Position numbers and translations under genes: made by a program. From Felis catus (Eukaryota): a DNA stretch of 64,000 bases. The notes under the pieces were generated by a model, which saw nothing but the letters and a program-made list of their open reading frames with translations, was not told where the DNA came from and did no database searches. The stretch's first letter is position 1; each line of letters opens with the position of its first letter. Positions 37,001 through 49,400 of this stretch are shown in pieces. The DNA lies in NCBI RefSeq assembly GCF_018350175.1, contig NC_058368.1, positions 202,494,001-202,558,000 on the forward strand, given 5' to 3'.

Positions 37001-38216
37001 TAGATGTGTAAATATTAGACTCAGGTACAGAAATGGATTAAAGTATATAGATTGTTATTTTACTTTTTTTTTTAATGTTAGATAAACTTGACTGTTTTGC
37101 ATTCATATACATGCATTATTTTCATTTGCTAGAAATGATTTTATTGTATTTTATTTTAAACTCTAACAAATAACATCTGTTTTTCTTTTACGTAGTTACT
37201 TCACAGCCTGAACATCACATTGCCTTCAGAGAAAGGTGCTTTTATGCTATTATATTTTACTTTTAACCACACAGGCATTAAACATATTCATTAACATCAT
37301 GAGACAATTCGCTGGTAAATATTTGAATACACAAACATAGGTTTCAATATTTCAAGAATTTTTTTTGCTGGTAACCAAAGAGATACATCAAAATATGACA
37401 GCATTGGCTAATAATTTACAAGCAAATAATATTTAACTCTGTGCAGTTTATACAACAGTTTGTGGCAATAATATCACCAATCTCATCAACCATTAACTGA
37501 CCGCAAAAAGCCTAACATTCATTTAAATTATAATATAAAATGCTCTATTGGTGAAATGTGGATATGAAATAATATAATTTTATTTTTGAACTAATTTGGT
37601 AGGATTAAGTTCCATCAATGCAATAAAACCATTTTTATTATTTTCATTTTTCAAAAATGTTTTAGTTTGGACCAAAGATTAAATGGTCCTCCTATCTACA
37701 AACGCATATTTACAGTCACCTATATAATGGTTAGCTATGGAATATGACCAATTAGATACTATAGGCATCAGGCCTGACTAAATTACCCAATAAAATTGAA
37801 TATGACAGTGTTTTTTTGTGACATGATTATTGTAGTTATAAACTCAGCAAATTTTGTTGGAATAATTTAGCTCTATCCTCCAAAAAGAATAAATGATTTA
37901 TCTTATTGTAGATCATTTGGAGGAAGAGTGCATCCTGATAAAGAAGGCCTTTTATCTATATGGTTATATCCCTTTGATCTTTCAGACACTTTACATTTAT
38001 TACTTTATCTTCCATTTTAGCAATCCCTGAAACAGAATAATTTAGGAATGGTTTCCTGGTAGGCTTTTGATACTTCCATCTCTGAAAAAGACTTTCATAC
38101 AAATATCAGGAAAAGTTTATCACTTCTATCATGTGACATTATATCCTGTGTGATTTTTCTAGACAGAAAGGCTAGAATAAAGATTATTTGGTTTTGTTTT
38201 ATTTAAAGGTAGAACA

Positions 38217-38288
38217 TCAACTAATATAATATTTTATGTCAACTATACTCAAAAAATATTCACATACTGTAAAATAAAAATAAATAAG
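38217..38288 (+). mobile_element. Extremely 5'-truncated L1 3' terminus with tail
   Basis: 'aactaatataatattttatgtcaactatactc' plus A-rich tail; TSD taaaggtaga(a/t)ca at 38204-38216 and 38289-38301. Confidence 0.65.
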
Positions 38289-38355
38289 TAAAGGTAGATC
38301 ACTCAGTTGCCCCTCTTAGAAAGAAATGGAGGCTGCTGGGAAGAGAGCCCATTTA

Positions 38356-38390
38356 GTTGTTTGTTTGTTTGTTTGTTTGTTTGTTTGTTT
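38356..38390. repeat. (GTTT)n microsatellite
   Basis: Direct reading. Confidence 0.9.
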
Positions 38391-38749
38391 AATTGTTTCA
38401 GGCTCTCAATAGACTTATACTGAGTAGAGAGCCAAGGGCACTGTTGAAAAAAACTGTAGTGATTATTCTCTGGGCCTGGTTCCAAATTCAGGGCCAGTGT
38501 TCCGGAAGACCCTACTGCAATAGGATGTGCCATGAACAACTCTAGGTCGTCTTTTGAAAGTTAGAATTTTTCAGGTGCCTTGTTTCCTAAATTTGAATAG
38601 AAGAAGCACAATGAACATATGCTTGTATTTGTTCTGGTTTGATGGAGACCATGCACTAAGTAGATATTTAGCATTGAACACAGGCAAATCTAAATTCTGG
38701 AATAAGAGCCTACAGTTACATAGCAGTTACTAAGTGCTTTATCATATAT

Positions 38750-39100
38750 TTTATTAGTTTATTCGTTCTGGGGCTGCTGTAACAGATACCACAGAATGGG
38801 TAATTTAAACAACAGAAATTAATTTTCTCAGAGTTCTGGAGACTAGGGTTGGTTTCTTCTGAAGCCCCAGACTCTCTTGATAGAACATCATCTTTTCTGT
38901 CTTCATATAGTCTTTCCACTGTGTTCTATCTCCTGTCTTAGAAAGATACCAGTCATAATGGATTAGGGTCCACTTTAATGACCTAATTTTAACTTAATTA
39001 TCTCTTTAAAGACATTCTCTGCAAATACAGTCACATTCTGAATTACAGGGATTAAGACTTCAACATATGAATTTTGAGATACATCATTGAGCCAATAACA
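38750..39100 (-). mobile_element. MaLR solo LTR (MLT1B-like)
   Basis: 'gggctgctgtaacagataccacaga', 'ccagtcataatggattaggg' and 'gacttcaacatatgaatttt...ccaataaca'; homologous to 11578-11952. Confidence 0.9.
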
Positions 39101-39260
39101 TACATCAACACAGCTAACCTTGGAACAACCTTATAAGGTAGATGTAATTATTATCCCTATTTTACTAAGGCAGACCCAGGGAGATTAAGTAACTTGTTTG
39201 AGTTGGGGTTTAAATCCTAGGCAATCTGTCTCCAGAGTATGTATTTTTAATGATTACATA
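39101..39260 (-). mobile_element. MIR SINE fragment
   Basis: 'aacaaccttataaggtagatgtaattattatccctattttac' and 'gagattaagtaacttg'. Confidence 0.7.
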
Positions 39261-39904
39261 TTATTGGAAAGAGTCAATTCTGTTAAGTTCAGGTGCTATA
39301 CCTAAAATTATAACCAATGATATTTATTTTGCCCAATAATATTTCATCCATGGGGTAATTTCTTATAAATGATAAAGAAATGAAATTTTTCTTTCCATAT
39401 TGTCACTTACTTTCAGTACTATGTAGATGTACATAAAATCAGACAAAATTTCAGTATATTACTAATGAATTAACATGTGAACAAATAATAAGAATGCATG
39501 GAGCTCCCTGTATTCCTGGCTCAGTAACAATGATAAGACATTTCAAGCAGTTTGGAAGAAGGATGTGATAGACCAAAACCTTTTTAATGTGAGTTGTTTG
39601 CTTCATAATGTAGAGTAAGAAGAGAAAGCAACATTAAAAAAGCAGTTGACAATGAAAGATGTAAAAGTTGTAATTCTTTCCTACTGAAAACTCAAATGGT
39701 TCAATGATGAGGACCTTAGAGAATTTTGGGTTTCTAGATCAGTGTGCGTTGTATTGAATAAAACAGAGTAAGAAGGAAAAGGCAAAATGACAGCCTCTGG
39801 CTATTAATACCTTTAGGCTCCTTAGCTTTTGAGCTGGGCCCTTGCATTTCCTGGGAAGGTTCCAGCCAAGTGACTGAGCACGGTGTAGATACTAGGGTAT
39901 TTCT

Positions 39905-40158
39905 TTTTTCTTTTCTTTTTTTTAACAATTCTGTTTTTTTTTTTTAATGCTTATTTGTTTTTGAGAGAGAGAAAGAGAGAGGGACAAAGCATGAGCGGAG
40001 GAGGGGCGGAGAATGAGAGGGAGACACAGAGTCCGAAGCAGGCTCCAGGCTCTAGCTGTCAGCACAGAGCCCGAAACGGGGCTCCAACTCACAAATGGTG
40101 AGATCATGACCTGAGCCGAAGTCAGACACTCAACCGACTGAGCCACCCAGGTGCCCCT
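39905..40158 (-). mobile_element. Can-SINE (SINEC_Fc) with extended tail
   Basis: Perfect 17-bp TSD gatactagggtatttct at 39888-39904 and 40159-40175. Confidence 0.96.
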
Positions 40159-40200
40159 GATACTAGGGTATTTCTATTTTGGCCTAGGTGGGATAAAAAA

Positions 40201-40350
40201 GAAGAAGAAGAAGAAGAAGAAGAAGAAGAAGAAGAAGAAGAAGAAGAAGAAGAAGAAGAAGAAGAAAAAGAAGAAGAAGAAAAAGAAGAAGAAGAAGAAG
40301 AAGAAGAAGAAGAAGAAGAAGAAGAAGAAGAAGAAGAAGAAGAAGAAGAA
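40201..40350. repeat. (GAA)22 AAA (GAA)4 AAA (GAA)22 trinucleotide repeat
   Basis: Direct count; AAA interruptions at 40267-40269 and 40282-40284. Confidence 0.97.
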
Positions 40351-42889
40351 GGAGGAAAAGGACAAAGCAAAATCAAACAAAAGCACAAAAGGTTTCCAAA
40401 TCCTGGAAGTGAACATCAGAGTACATTGGGAGACATTAGGAAGGTTTGCTCTTTCTGTCTTAATGGTGGTTAAAACAAACGAGGCTCTAAACTTTCAGTG
40501 ATGTTGGAGGTTGTGGTAAGTCCATGAGAAAAAGAGTGAGTAATAGACCAGGACCAGAGGAGATTGAACTGACAAGGATGAGAAGAGATTGGAAAGAGAA
40601 GTTTTAAGGAAAATACAAGTCAGGAGTGGGTTGCAGGTTTGAGAGGTGAGTCCAGCTTTAGACATGTGGTTTTTTAGACATAGATATGTCCAAAAGATGA
40701 ACTTTACCGGCCAGTTGACAATCCAGGGTAGGGGTTGGGATGGGATGTTATCATCACAGAATTAGTTGAGAATCAATAGGAGTAGATACAAAAAGGAATG
40801 CGGAGGGAAAGAACATAAAGAAGATAATGAATTTTGTGGAGATTCTGTGTTAGAGAGTACCAGAAGGAACTTTTGAAATAGTCAAGAGACAGTCAAAGTG
40901 AGTATGGTTCTAGGGGTGAAAAAGCCAATAATCTGTTTCTGTGTCTTCAGTGCTTGTCACATTATTAAAGAGGAATACAGTAAATAGAAGAAGGAAGCCA
41001 GGAGAGTGAGGAACAAATGCTCTGACAGTAGATGTTACTCAGGGATTTAGGGCTAGGGAAAGTCAAGACTCTGTGGAAGTTTACATATAGTCATAGTGAG
41101 ATATGACTAATATATTAAAGGGATTAGAAAAGGATATTGAGCTGTAGACAGAGAACAATGGCCTTGACAAGCTCATTTTAGTCTGAGAAAGGATGGAACA
41201 TTATCAGACGTTCTTACTTTCTATGCTGACATCCAGACTTTCTTGGAAATATGTTAATACAAGAGGGAAAGGATAGATTTGAGTTAGGGCTTCAGCGGAA
41301 ACAGCCGGATGGACTTTTGGGGTTTTAAAGCAGTCAACTTACTTATTACTAATTAAAGAAACATAATGTTGCTTACAATATTAAACTGCTGTGTGTAGGA
41401 AAAGAAGAAGTCAAAAGTCTAATTCAAATAAGTAAATATTACATAGTTATGGAAATGTTTCTGAAATTTTCTATTGTCTCTTTAAGAAAAAAAGGAAAAT
41501 TTCTTAAATGGCATAGGTGAACATTTTGTAAGATTTTGAAGGAAAGTGATTGTGAACATGTTTATTCTGAACCAGAGTGTTTTGATGTGGGTGGTTTGCC
41601 TTAGGGACATTTTGAAGCAGGCTCATCAAAACTGCTATAAAAATGTAAAAATGTTTTTTTTTTTTTGTTATTAAAAAGAAATCTCTTTCATGCCTGAGCC
41701 TCATCCCCATCTCCGAGCCTCCATTAGAATCTGAGAAAGGCTAAATGTTACTGATAGATGAGATACTCATGCACATTTTTAAGAAATAATACAGAAGAAA
41801 GTTAAGCAGCTTGTCAGACCAGAGGACCACATTTTAAGGTCAAAATGGCCTTAGTAAAATGCACACTGATTATTCCTGGGCAATGTAATAGCTGCTCCCC
41901 CAATATTACTGGTCTTTTTTGTTACCTGCTAGTTGCCTTGGGGATTGTTCTGATTGCCCACAGGGTGGATAAGGCTATAGTGTGCCCAGCTAAATAGTGT
42001 CCAGCTAAATTGCTTTTGTTTGTGTTTTAACCGGGTTTTGAGGTTTGATATGAGGTATCTCTTCAGGAAAGGGCAATTTGCTAAACCCGGGCTGAGACCC
42101 TTCCTTTTCAGATCAGGCCTGGGTTTCATTAAGTTCAAATACTGAACAAGACAGCATTACATTAGATTAATAAGAGCCTTATGGATTAAAGTTTTCAGAT
42201 GTATAAGAAACAGAATATTATCATTTCCCTGAGAACCTCCATAACAGCATCTCTGACCTCTAATTACACATTTTGTACACTTGCTGCCTGGGCATCACAA
42301 TTTCATGAGGAGGCATACTCTATTTCAAGGGGTATCTCTGTTAATGATAATCAGCAACTACTTGCTTAGGCCTGCAAAATGCCAACTTTTTTTTTTTTTT
42401 TTTTTTTTGCCCTGTCTGAGCTCTGCTGGGCACAGTTGCTATGAGCTATCTGGTGGAAAAGAAAAAGCTGAAATCAAGGGTAGGCCAGGGTTTCTAGGAC
42501 TGAGGCTGAAGCAAGGGCAGCCATCCACCAACTAACTTGGATGTTTACGTCAAGTGGAAAAAAGCAGAGGCATCAAATATAGTAGATGAATATGAGTGCC
42601 AGAATATTTCTCTCTTGCCATTCTTCAAGTTAGGGTAGTTGCAGGTATATCTTTGATGGTGATTAATTTTTATCATTCTCAGATTATCCAATCTTCTTTT
42701 AAGATTATATCTCAATATGTGTGTCTCCATCTGCTATTAAGAGGATTTGCTCTCACAGTATCTTCTATATTTCAAATACATTATGTCATGTGGAACGACA
42801 CATTCTTCCTTTCATTGAACCAAAATCACCCCTCTTTAACATCTATTTATAGGTGCTAATTCTGAAGATAGACCTACAAAGTTTTGCAA

Positions 42890-43409
42890 TTAGTAATAAA
42901 GAAAAAAATAATTCATGACACTTGTTAAAGTATTAAGGCAGACTGTTCAGGAGGACTGTCACCGTAGGTATAAGGATGATTGAAACAAGATTTTGCAATA
43001 GGGGAGAGAGATGGGTCTCAACTCCTAATACAACAAGGAAAAGTGAGAATATATAGCCAAAGAGCAGAGTGAGGGTCAGTGGATGGAAAATTACGAAGAG
43101 AAGACTTCAAGACTGAGGGGGAGATTCTGGCTGAAGTGACCTAACGGGTTTCTTGCTGAAGGCAGGCCTAGGTGATCACACATCACATGGTGGATGGTAC
43201 AAGGTGCAGACTTTGGTCACATACCAAGAATGTGGATATCTGGGATTCGATACTGAAGATGGGGAATTTTGATTAAACTGATCGAATAGCATCTTTGCTA
43301 AAATTGGACAATGAAAACATGATCATAGAAACCTGAAAATCAGGACCTGCTTGGAAGAGAGTTCAGAGAAGCACCACTAGAATTTGGTCAAGGAGAGAAT
43401 CTTTGCTAC
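42890..43409 (-). mobile_element. MER31-family LTR (ERV1)
   Basis: Ends 'tttggtcaaggagagaatctttg' (reverse of the MER31 5' end); internal 'atagccaaagagcag', 'gtcagtggatggaaaatta' and 'tcttgctgaaggcaggcc'. Confidence 0.8.
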
Positions 43410-43747
43410 TGGTAATTACAACCTTCCTGAGATTTTACTTCTGTAAGATAAATGCTATTTCTGAGAGGGTGAGGAAAATATAGCCCTGTGTCTAGACTTT
43501 TCAGCTCCTCCTTAGTGTCTTAGTAAGCTCTTACCTTCAATTCCTCTTTTAAAACAAAGAGCTGATTAAAAAAAAAAAACAAGACAAAAAATGAAACTGT
43601 TTTAGACATGACATTTCCAATGCATAATTAGATGCATTGATGATATCTTTGTCCTAGAAACCTGCTCTGTTTATGCAAGGAGCATATTTCAAGTCTTTTG
43701 CTTAATTATACTGATGGATAGAATACTTAATAAGTTATATCAAATCA

Positions 43748-43842
43748 GGGTGCCTGGTGACTCAGTCGGTTAAGCATCCGACTTTGGCCCAGGTCATGAT
43801 CTGACCATTTCATGAGTTCGAGCCCCGCATTGAGCTCTGTGC
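43748..43842 (+). mobile_element. Can-SINE 5' half only (tRNA-derived head)
   Basis: 'gggtgcctggtgactcagtcggttaagcatccgac...gagttcgagccccgcattgagctctgtgc'; SINE similarity then stops. Confidence 0.9.
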
Positions 43843-45684
43843 AGGCCCCGACTGCAAGATGTAGCTACATTGCAAAGGAACACTTGAATTGCCAGTTGAA
43901 ATAAATAAAAAAAAAAAAAAAAAAAAAAAACTGTTCATTTGTTGACTACTGTTATTATCTGAATTCATTACCGTTTTTTTTTTAAGCTTCATTGTGTCAA
44001 CAACTGCATTGTAAATTCACAGTTTGAGAGATGGGGAGTACTGCTCAAACATTAAAGGCAGAGTAGTGCTGCTGAAGTTAATGGAGAAGTCAGATTTAAT
44101 GAAGCCTGTGCAGTTCTTTGGAGAAACGTGATAGATTTCACTAAAGGTGTTATTTATAGACCAGCCTTTCCCGTAGCTGAAGCCCAGATGCAAAATTTGA
44201 GGATGAATCTGCTTCTGTTAACCACTGTCTTGTTCATAGATTTCTCTTGAAGAATATAGGATGAGCTTGAGGTGTAATTAAAATTGGGGCAGAAATGTCA
44301 AAGGGAGAGCAAATCAGCAATCACTGTTTGTGTGTTTTAAATTTATTTGGGGATTTGGATGTTGACTATATAAGACTAGTGACTTTATGCTTCTTAATCT
44401 GTTAACTTTTTGGCTACTTACAAATAATAAATAAAAATTACTTTTTAAAAATAGACACTTTTTGTACCTTACACCTAATTGAGAAATAGTCATTTTTTGA
44501 AAAATTTCTCCACTAAGATTGAAATCATTATTTTTTATTATAAATTCTTTTTGTTTTTCCAGTCACCATTCTGGTTTTTAATGGAAGGGTATTAGTATAT
44601 GTTCTTGATGGAAATGCTCAGAGTCATCTTCAACAGTTTCTAGGTTGTACAGGCAAAAAGAAAAAAAAGAGCAAAAAGACAGTTGCCAGAAATAGGTATT
44701 ACTTCTGAAAAGAATACAATATGAAAATCACTGTCCTTTAGCAATGAAATTTTGTATCATGATGCCGACTATAATCTGAATCAGCATGCGCTTTGTAAAG
44801 CAATGTTTTACCTTTTTTTTTTGAAAATAAAGATAACTTTTACCCATCTTCAAATTTCTACCATTTTTTAATTCCCATAATTATTTAACGATATCATTTC
44901 CATCATGACATCTGAGAGTTTTATGAGGATCTTCGGATATCATTCATTTTTACCTAGATTTGAACCTATGGATATATTCTCTCATGATGCCAAAAAAAGG
45001 TGGGCAGATTTTCCTAAAATCCTCCTGTGGCTTCTTTTTTTCCCCATGTGTTTGATATGAAATTAAAAGTGTGATCAGTTCGAGCATGATACATCTTTCA
45101 CCCTTTGGTCTTGGATGAATTGTCCATTATTATTGACTGATCAGTTTTTTTATTGCAGTACCCAACCAGGATATTGGGCAGAAAATCTTGACAGTCAGAT
45201 GTGCATATCACAGAATATGAATTAACTTACCAAAATTTAGGCCAGTGAAGTAGATAGATATAATGGACTATTATAGGGTGCTAGTATGCATCGGAATTTT
45301 CCTTAAGAATAGGGATAATGAGTTGCCATTCTGTGAATTATTAAGATCTCTATGCTTAAAATGATGTAATTTAGTTTTCTGTGCATAGCTTTCAAAAATA
45401 GTATGATCCCTTTTCTCTTTTTCTCACAAATGCAAAATCCATAGAAATGAAAATTAGCTGCAGCTGTGATTTTATGAATAACAAGTTTCCTAGAAACTAC
45501 ACTGAAGGAAACTTGAATCTGCAAATGAGTTTTATACTGCTCTTCTAAGCACGTGCAGATGGTAGGTTTGTGAGTTTTCACTGTTGCTACCAAAATACAT
45601 TAAATATGATTTTTGAAGTTGACGGTCACCTTTTTTTTTCAAGTTTAAGTTGGCATTTAAATAAGTACCATCTTTATGGAATGG

Positions 45685-45688
<4 letters not shown>

Positions 45689-45736
<48 letters not shown>
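45689..45736. repeat. (AT)24 microsatellite
   Basis: Direct count. Confidence 0.97.
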
Positions 45737-45739
<3 letters not shown>

Positions 45740-46373
45740 AGCAATGGAAGCTTTAGCAATAGTCCAATAAAATGAAAATCTTATCTATTATAATATTTAC
45801 CTATTTAAAAAAAGGTTCAATGAATTTCTTTTTTATTCACACAAACAAGGAACTTTCATACCATCTTGTAATGCAGGATGGATGATGATCATCACTTATT
45901 CTTTTGTTAAATCTAAGCTTGTAAAATTCATTTATATATATTCTTACTATACGCAGGGCATTGGTAGTTCCTAGTCCTTGTGAAAAAAAATTAAAATAAT
46001 CCAGAGAACATGTCTTTTTTTTTTAAGTTTATAAACTCCTTGGTGAGATAAGAATTGTGTATCGTTAGTTTGATGATAGATCTTGGGCAATTCTAGGCAA
46101 TTATTGAATATACATGGTAAGTATAATACTTAAACATGTTATATTAAAATAACCCTATGTTTTTCTTTCACAAAATTTCTATTCTGATTGAACAAAGAAA
46201 TACAGAAGATGTATTATATCTGACATACAATTAGATGTTTGACAAAGCTTCTTATGACAAGATAGTGAGATATGAGTAGATGATTTGTAATATATTTAGT
46301 AGTAAATATTGGATTGATATAACCACAAAGTCCCTCATTAAAAGGATTGCTAGCAGTATGAAAGGCAATGTCT

Positions 46374-46608
46374 TTTTTTTTTAAGTTTATTTATTTTTGA
46401 GAGAGAGAGAGAGAAAGAGACGGAGAGAGGGAGAGAGAGCACACGCGCGCAAGTCGGGGAGGGGCAGAGAGGGAGACACAATCCGAACCAGGCTCCAGGC
46501 GCTGAGCTGTCAGCACAGAGCCTTACACAGGGCTCGAACTCAGGAACCGCAAGATCATGACCTGAGCCGAAGTCGGACACTCAAGCCATTGAGCCACCCA
46601 GGCGCCCC
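46374..46608 (-). mobile_element. Can-SINE (SINEC_Fc)
   Basis: Full-length; degenerate TSD tgaaaggcaatgtct (46359-46373) / tgaaagacagtgcct (46609-46623). Confidence 0.95.
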
Positions 46609-49169
46609 TGAAAGACAGTGCCTAATGGAGGGACTCTTTTCTCTGACCTATCCATCATGACATTTTAGATATTTTATATCTTTCTTAGATGAAGACATTG
46701 AATATTTATTTACAATATTTGTAGGTGAAATAGATTCATGACAGTATTAAAAAATGTATTGACATAAAGAATCTGGACCTAAAATATCACAACCAGGAAT
46801 AATCCATCACAAAAAAAAAATGATCCATTAAATCAAATTGGATAGATTTTCATACACATTGATGTATGATTGAAGTATGTTCTGCATTTGGGTTGAAAAT
46901 TCATTCAAAATATTAAAATATAGATAATCAACATGAATATTTTCATATATATGAATACAAATATTAAACAATATGAAGAAGACTCAGAAATTCTATATAA
47001 TGTTCAGCCTGATATAAGTAGGGAAACTGCAAACTTGATCCCACAAAGCTGCTTTAATGAATGCATACTATCTCAGCTAGTATATTATCCATTCCATAGC
47101 TTATGTTTCTACCTTGATATCAATAGCTAACTCATAGTCACAATAGTAGAAAACAGAAATTAACCATACCAAAATGTTCACTCTTCCACTTTTACTGTTC
47201 TAGCAGGTCCTTTTTCCTTGGTTGCTCATTTGAGAAGCTTATGAGTCAGCCTCACCTTTATTCTTTTCACATAATTAGTTGGTGTGTCATGTGTATTTTG
47301 TCAATATAGTTGGAGTTAACTTAGAACTGGGTTCGAAGTGAGTAAAATAGCAATATTCATTCATTTATTTGCTTGTGCATTCATTCCTTCATCTGTTTCA
47401 AACAATGGTTATTGAATATGGACTACAAAATTGTGTTTTCACAATCCCAGTAAGGAGAAAAAAAATTGTAACAGAATTGGAATACCAAGAAATTTTAAGT
47501 AGCAAGAAAGAATGTAAATTGGATGTTAATAACAGTGAAAAAGAAGTTGTTTATAAAATGATTAGTTTATCATTAGTTAGGAATTTACCATAATTCCATA
47601 GACTTTTCTCAATGTTTTGCATTAAGGTTATATTTTTATTTTTATTTTTCTGATCACCTTTTTTTTGGTAACTATTGAGTCACTGTAACTTTTAAAGTAA
47701 ACCTTCAATTTTAGGATATATCAGTTTTGACTGTCATTTTGATTTTGACATGGCTCCTTAGTAATTTACCAAATTCAATGGAAAGAATAATCATTCCAAA
47801 TATACATCTAAATTAAAAATGTTCTTCCTTATAGGAATAAGAAGAATCTAAAATTGGAAAAATATTATTTTGGGGGGCAGGAGAGAAAGATGCAAGTTAA
47901 CAACTTTGGGGACTGTCTTCTATTCAAACTGTATTCAGAGTTGGTTCTGGTTAAAAACTTCATGATACTTCAGAATCAAGTACCACCAAAACAGTTGGGA
48001 GGTATTTTACTTTGACACAGGTTGAGGTCAAAAATAATAATTATAATACAAAGCTATAAGGATAAGTACCTTATATTTTTATTGTACATTTTGCATTCAA
48101 TTAAATATACTCAAAAGCAGCTTAAATCTCTTCTGTGTGGAACAGGTCTCCAATTGCTTGAATATATAGTGTACTTTAAGTGCCTAGGACATTTTTTAAA
48201 GTGATGCTGTTCAATATCTCTGTGTAATAGCTTCTTCCAGTTTCATCAAAATATGATTTCTGCTAAGCCATGTTGGAAACACAGACCTAATAAAAGGAGC
48301 AGAAATCCTGTCTCTGGAAAATACACAGGACAACTCAGACTTCTGGGTAACACCCACATGCCTATTGCTTGACATAGTTCATAGCTGAGCTTGGTAGAGG
48401 GCACTTAGTCCTTTAACAGAACTGTTGCTGTTCTACTCACTGTCACCACTATAGTGCTCATCAAAATAACACCTCAGAAAGAAAGCACAGAAATGTTCCC
48501 AAAGAACTGCTAATCTGAAAGAAAGTCTTTTTTTTTTTTTTTAGACTTCTCTTTTCCTTGGCTAAAAAAAGCAATAAAACTACGTTAACAGATATTGAGA
48601 GAAGAAAAGATAAGCACTAGAAAAAAATTCTGACATACAACAGAGTCAGATACCAGGATGTGATAGGATAGACCCACTGTAGTCCAAAATACAAAAAGCA
48701 TTAATCAGCTTACTGGGATATTCATTAGCAAAATGAGGTTAGGGCATTATGGATATTTGAGAAAAAAAAACCTGCCTACATTTTATTGTTTTGTAACTGG
48801 TTATTTTGACATTGTGTGTGTGTAGTTCAATCTTCCTTTGAGTAGTTAGGAGGGAAAAAAAAAACAGTTTTAGTCTCCGTGTGAATGGTTGGAGACAAGA
48901 CAAAGCTGTATCCTAAAACCAAACGTTATTATTATTATTATTAGTAGTAGTAGTAGTAATTTACCAATCAGGACTATGTATGTCCCTGCTAAAGTAAGAA
49001 AAGAAAAAACTATCGAACAATAAAACCTTGCTTAGCATTTTCTCATGCTTCTGCATATTTATGTCCAGCATAATGAAATAGTAATACTCAGGAAAAGAAT
49101 TTATTTTTTTCTGGCTTGTCTGGTTCTTCACTAGAAGTTCTTCATTTTAAAACTTTTTGAAAATTTATT

Positions 49170-49400
49170 TTAAATGGATTTTTATTTTTTATAATGTTTT
49201 GGGTAAAAATTATACATTTCACCATGCATGTCTTCTTTAAAGAATGCTGATAAACAGCCGTACGTCCACCACTAAGCTTGAGAAATGGAACAGTGTCATT
49301 GCCTTTAAAGATTCTCTGCAAATGTATTATCCTCTCTCCATCCTTCCAGAGGTAGCTTTTATTTTGAAGTAGAATTATTTATGCTCTTGCTTTTCTTTAA
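49170..49400 (-). mobile_element. Ancient L1 (L1ME-like) 3' fragment, tentative
   Basis: 'ccaccactaagcttgagaaatggaaca' and 'ccagaggtagc' resemble reverse L1ME 3' UTR. Confidence 0.4.

Noticed and set aside
40122..40501. Poly-Lys, poly-Ser and poly-Phe ORFs
   Set aside because: They are translations of the GAA/TTC repeat, with no evidence of coding function.
41981..42135. Short duplication (gtgYccagctaaat x2) and scattered ccggg/cccggg motifs suggesting a hairpin-type ancient repeat
   Set aside because: I could not build a convincing stem or assign a family by eye; a Dfam search is needed.
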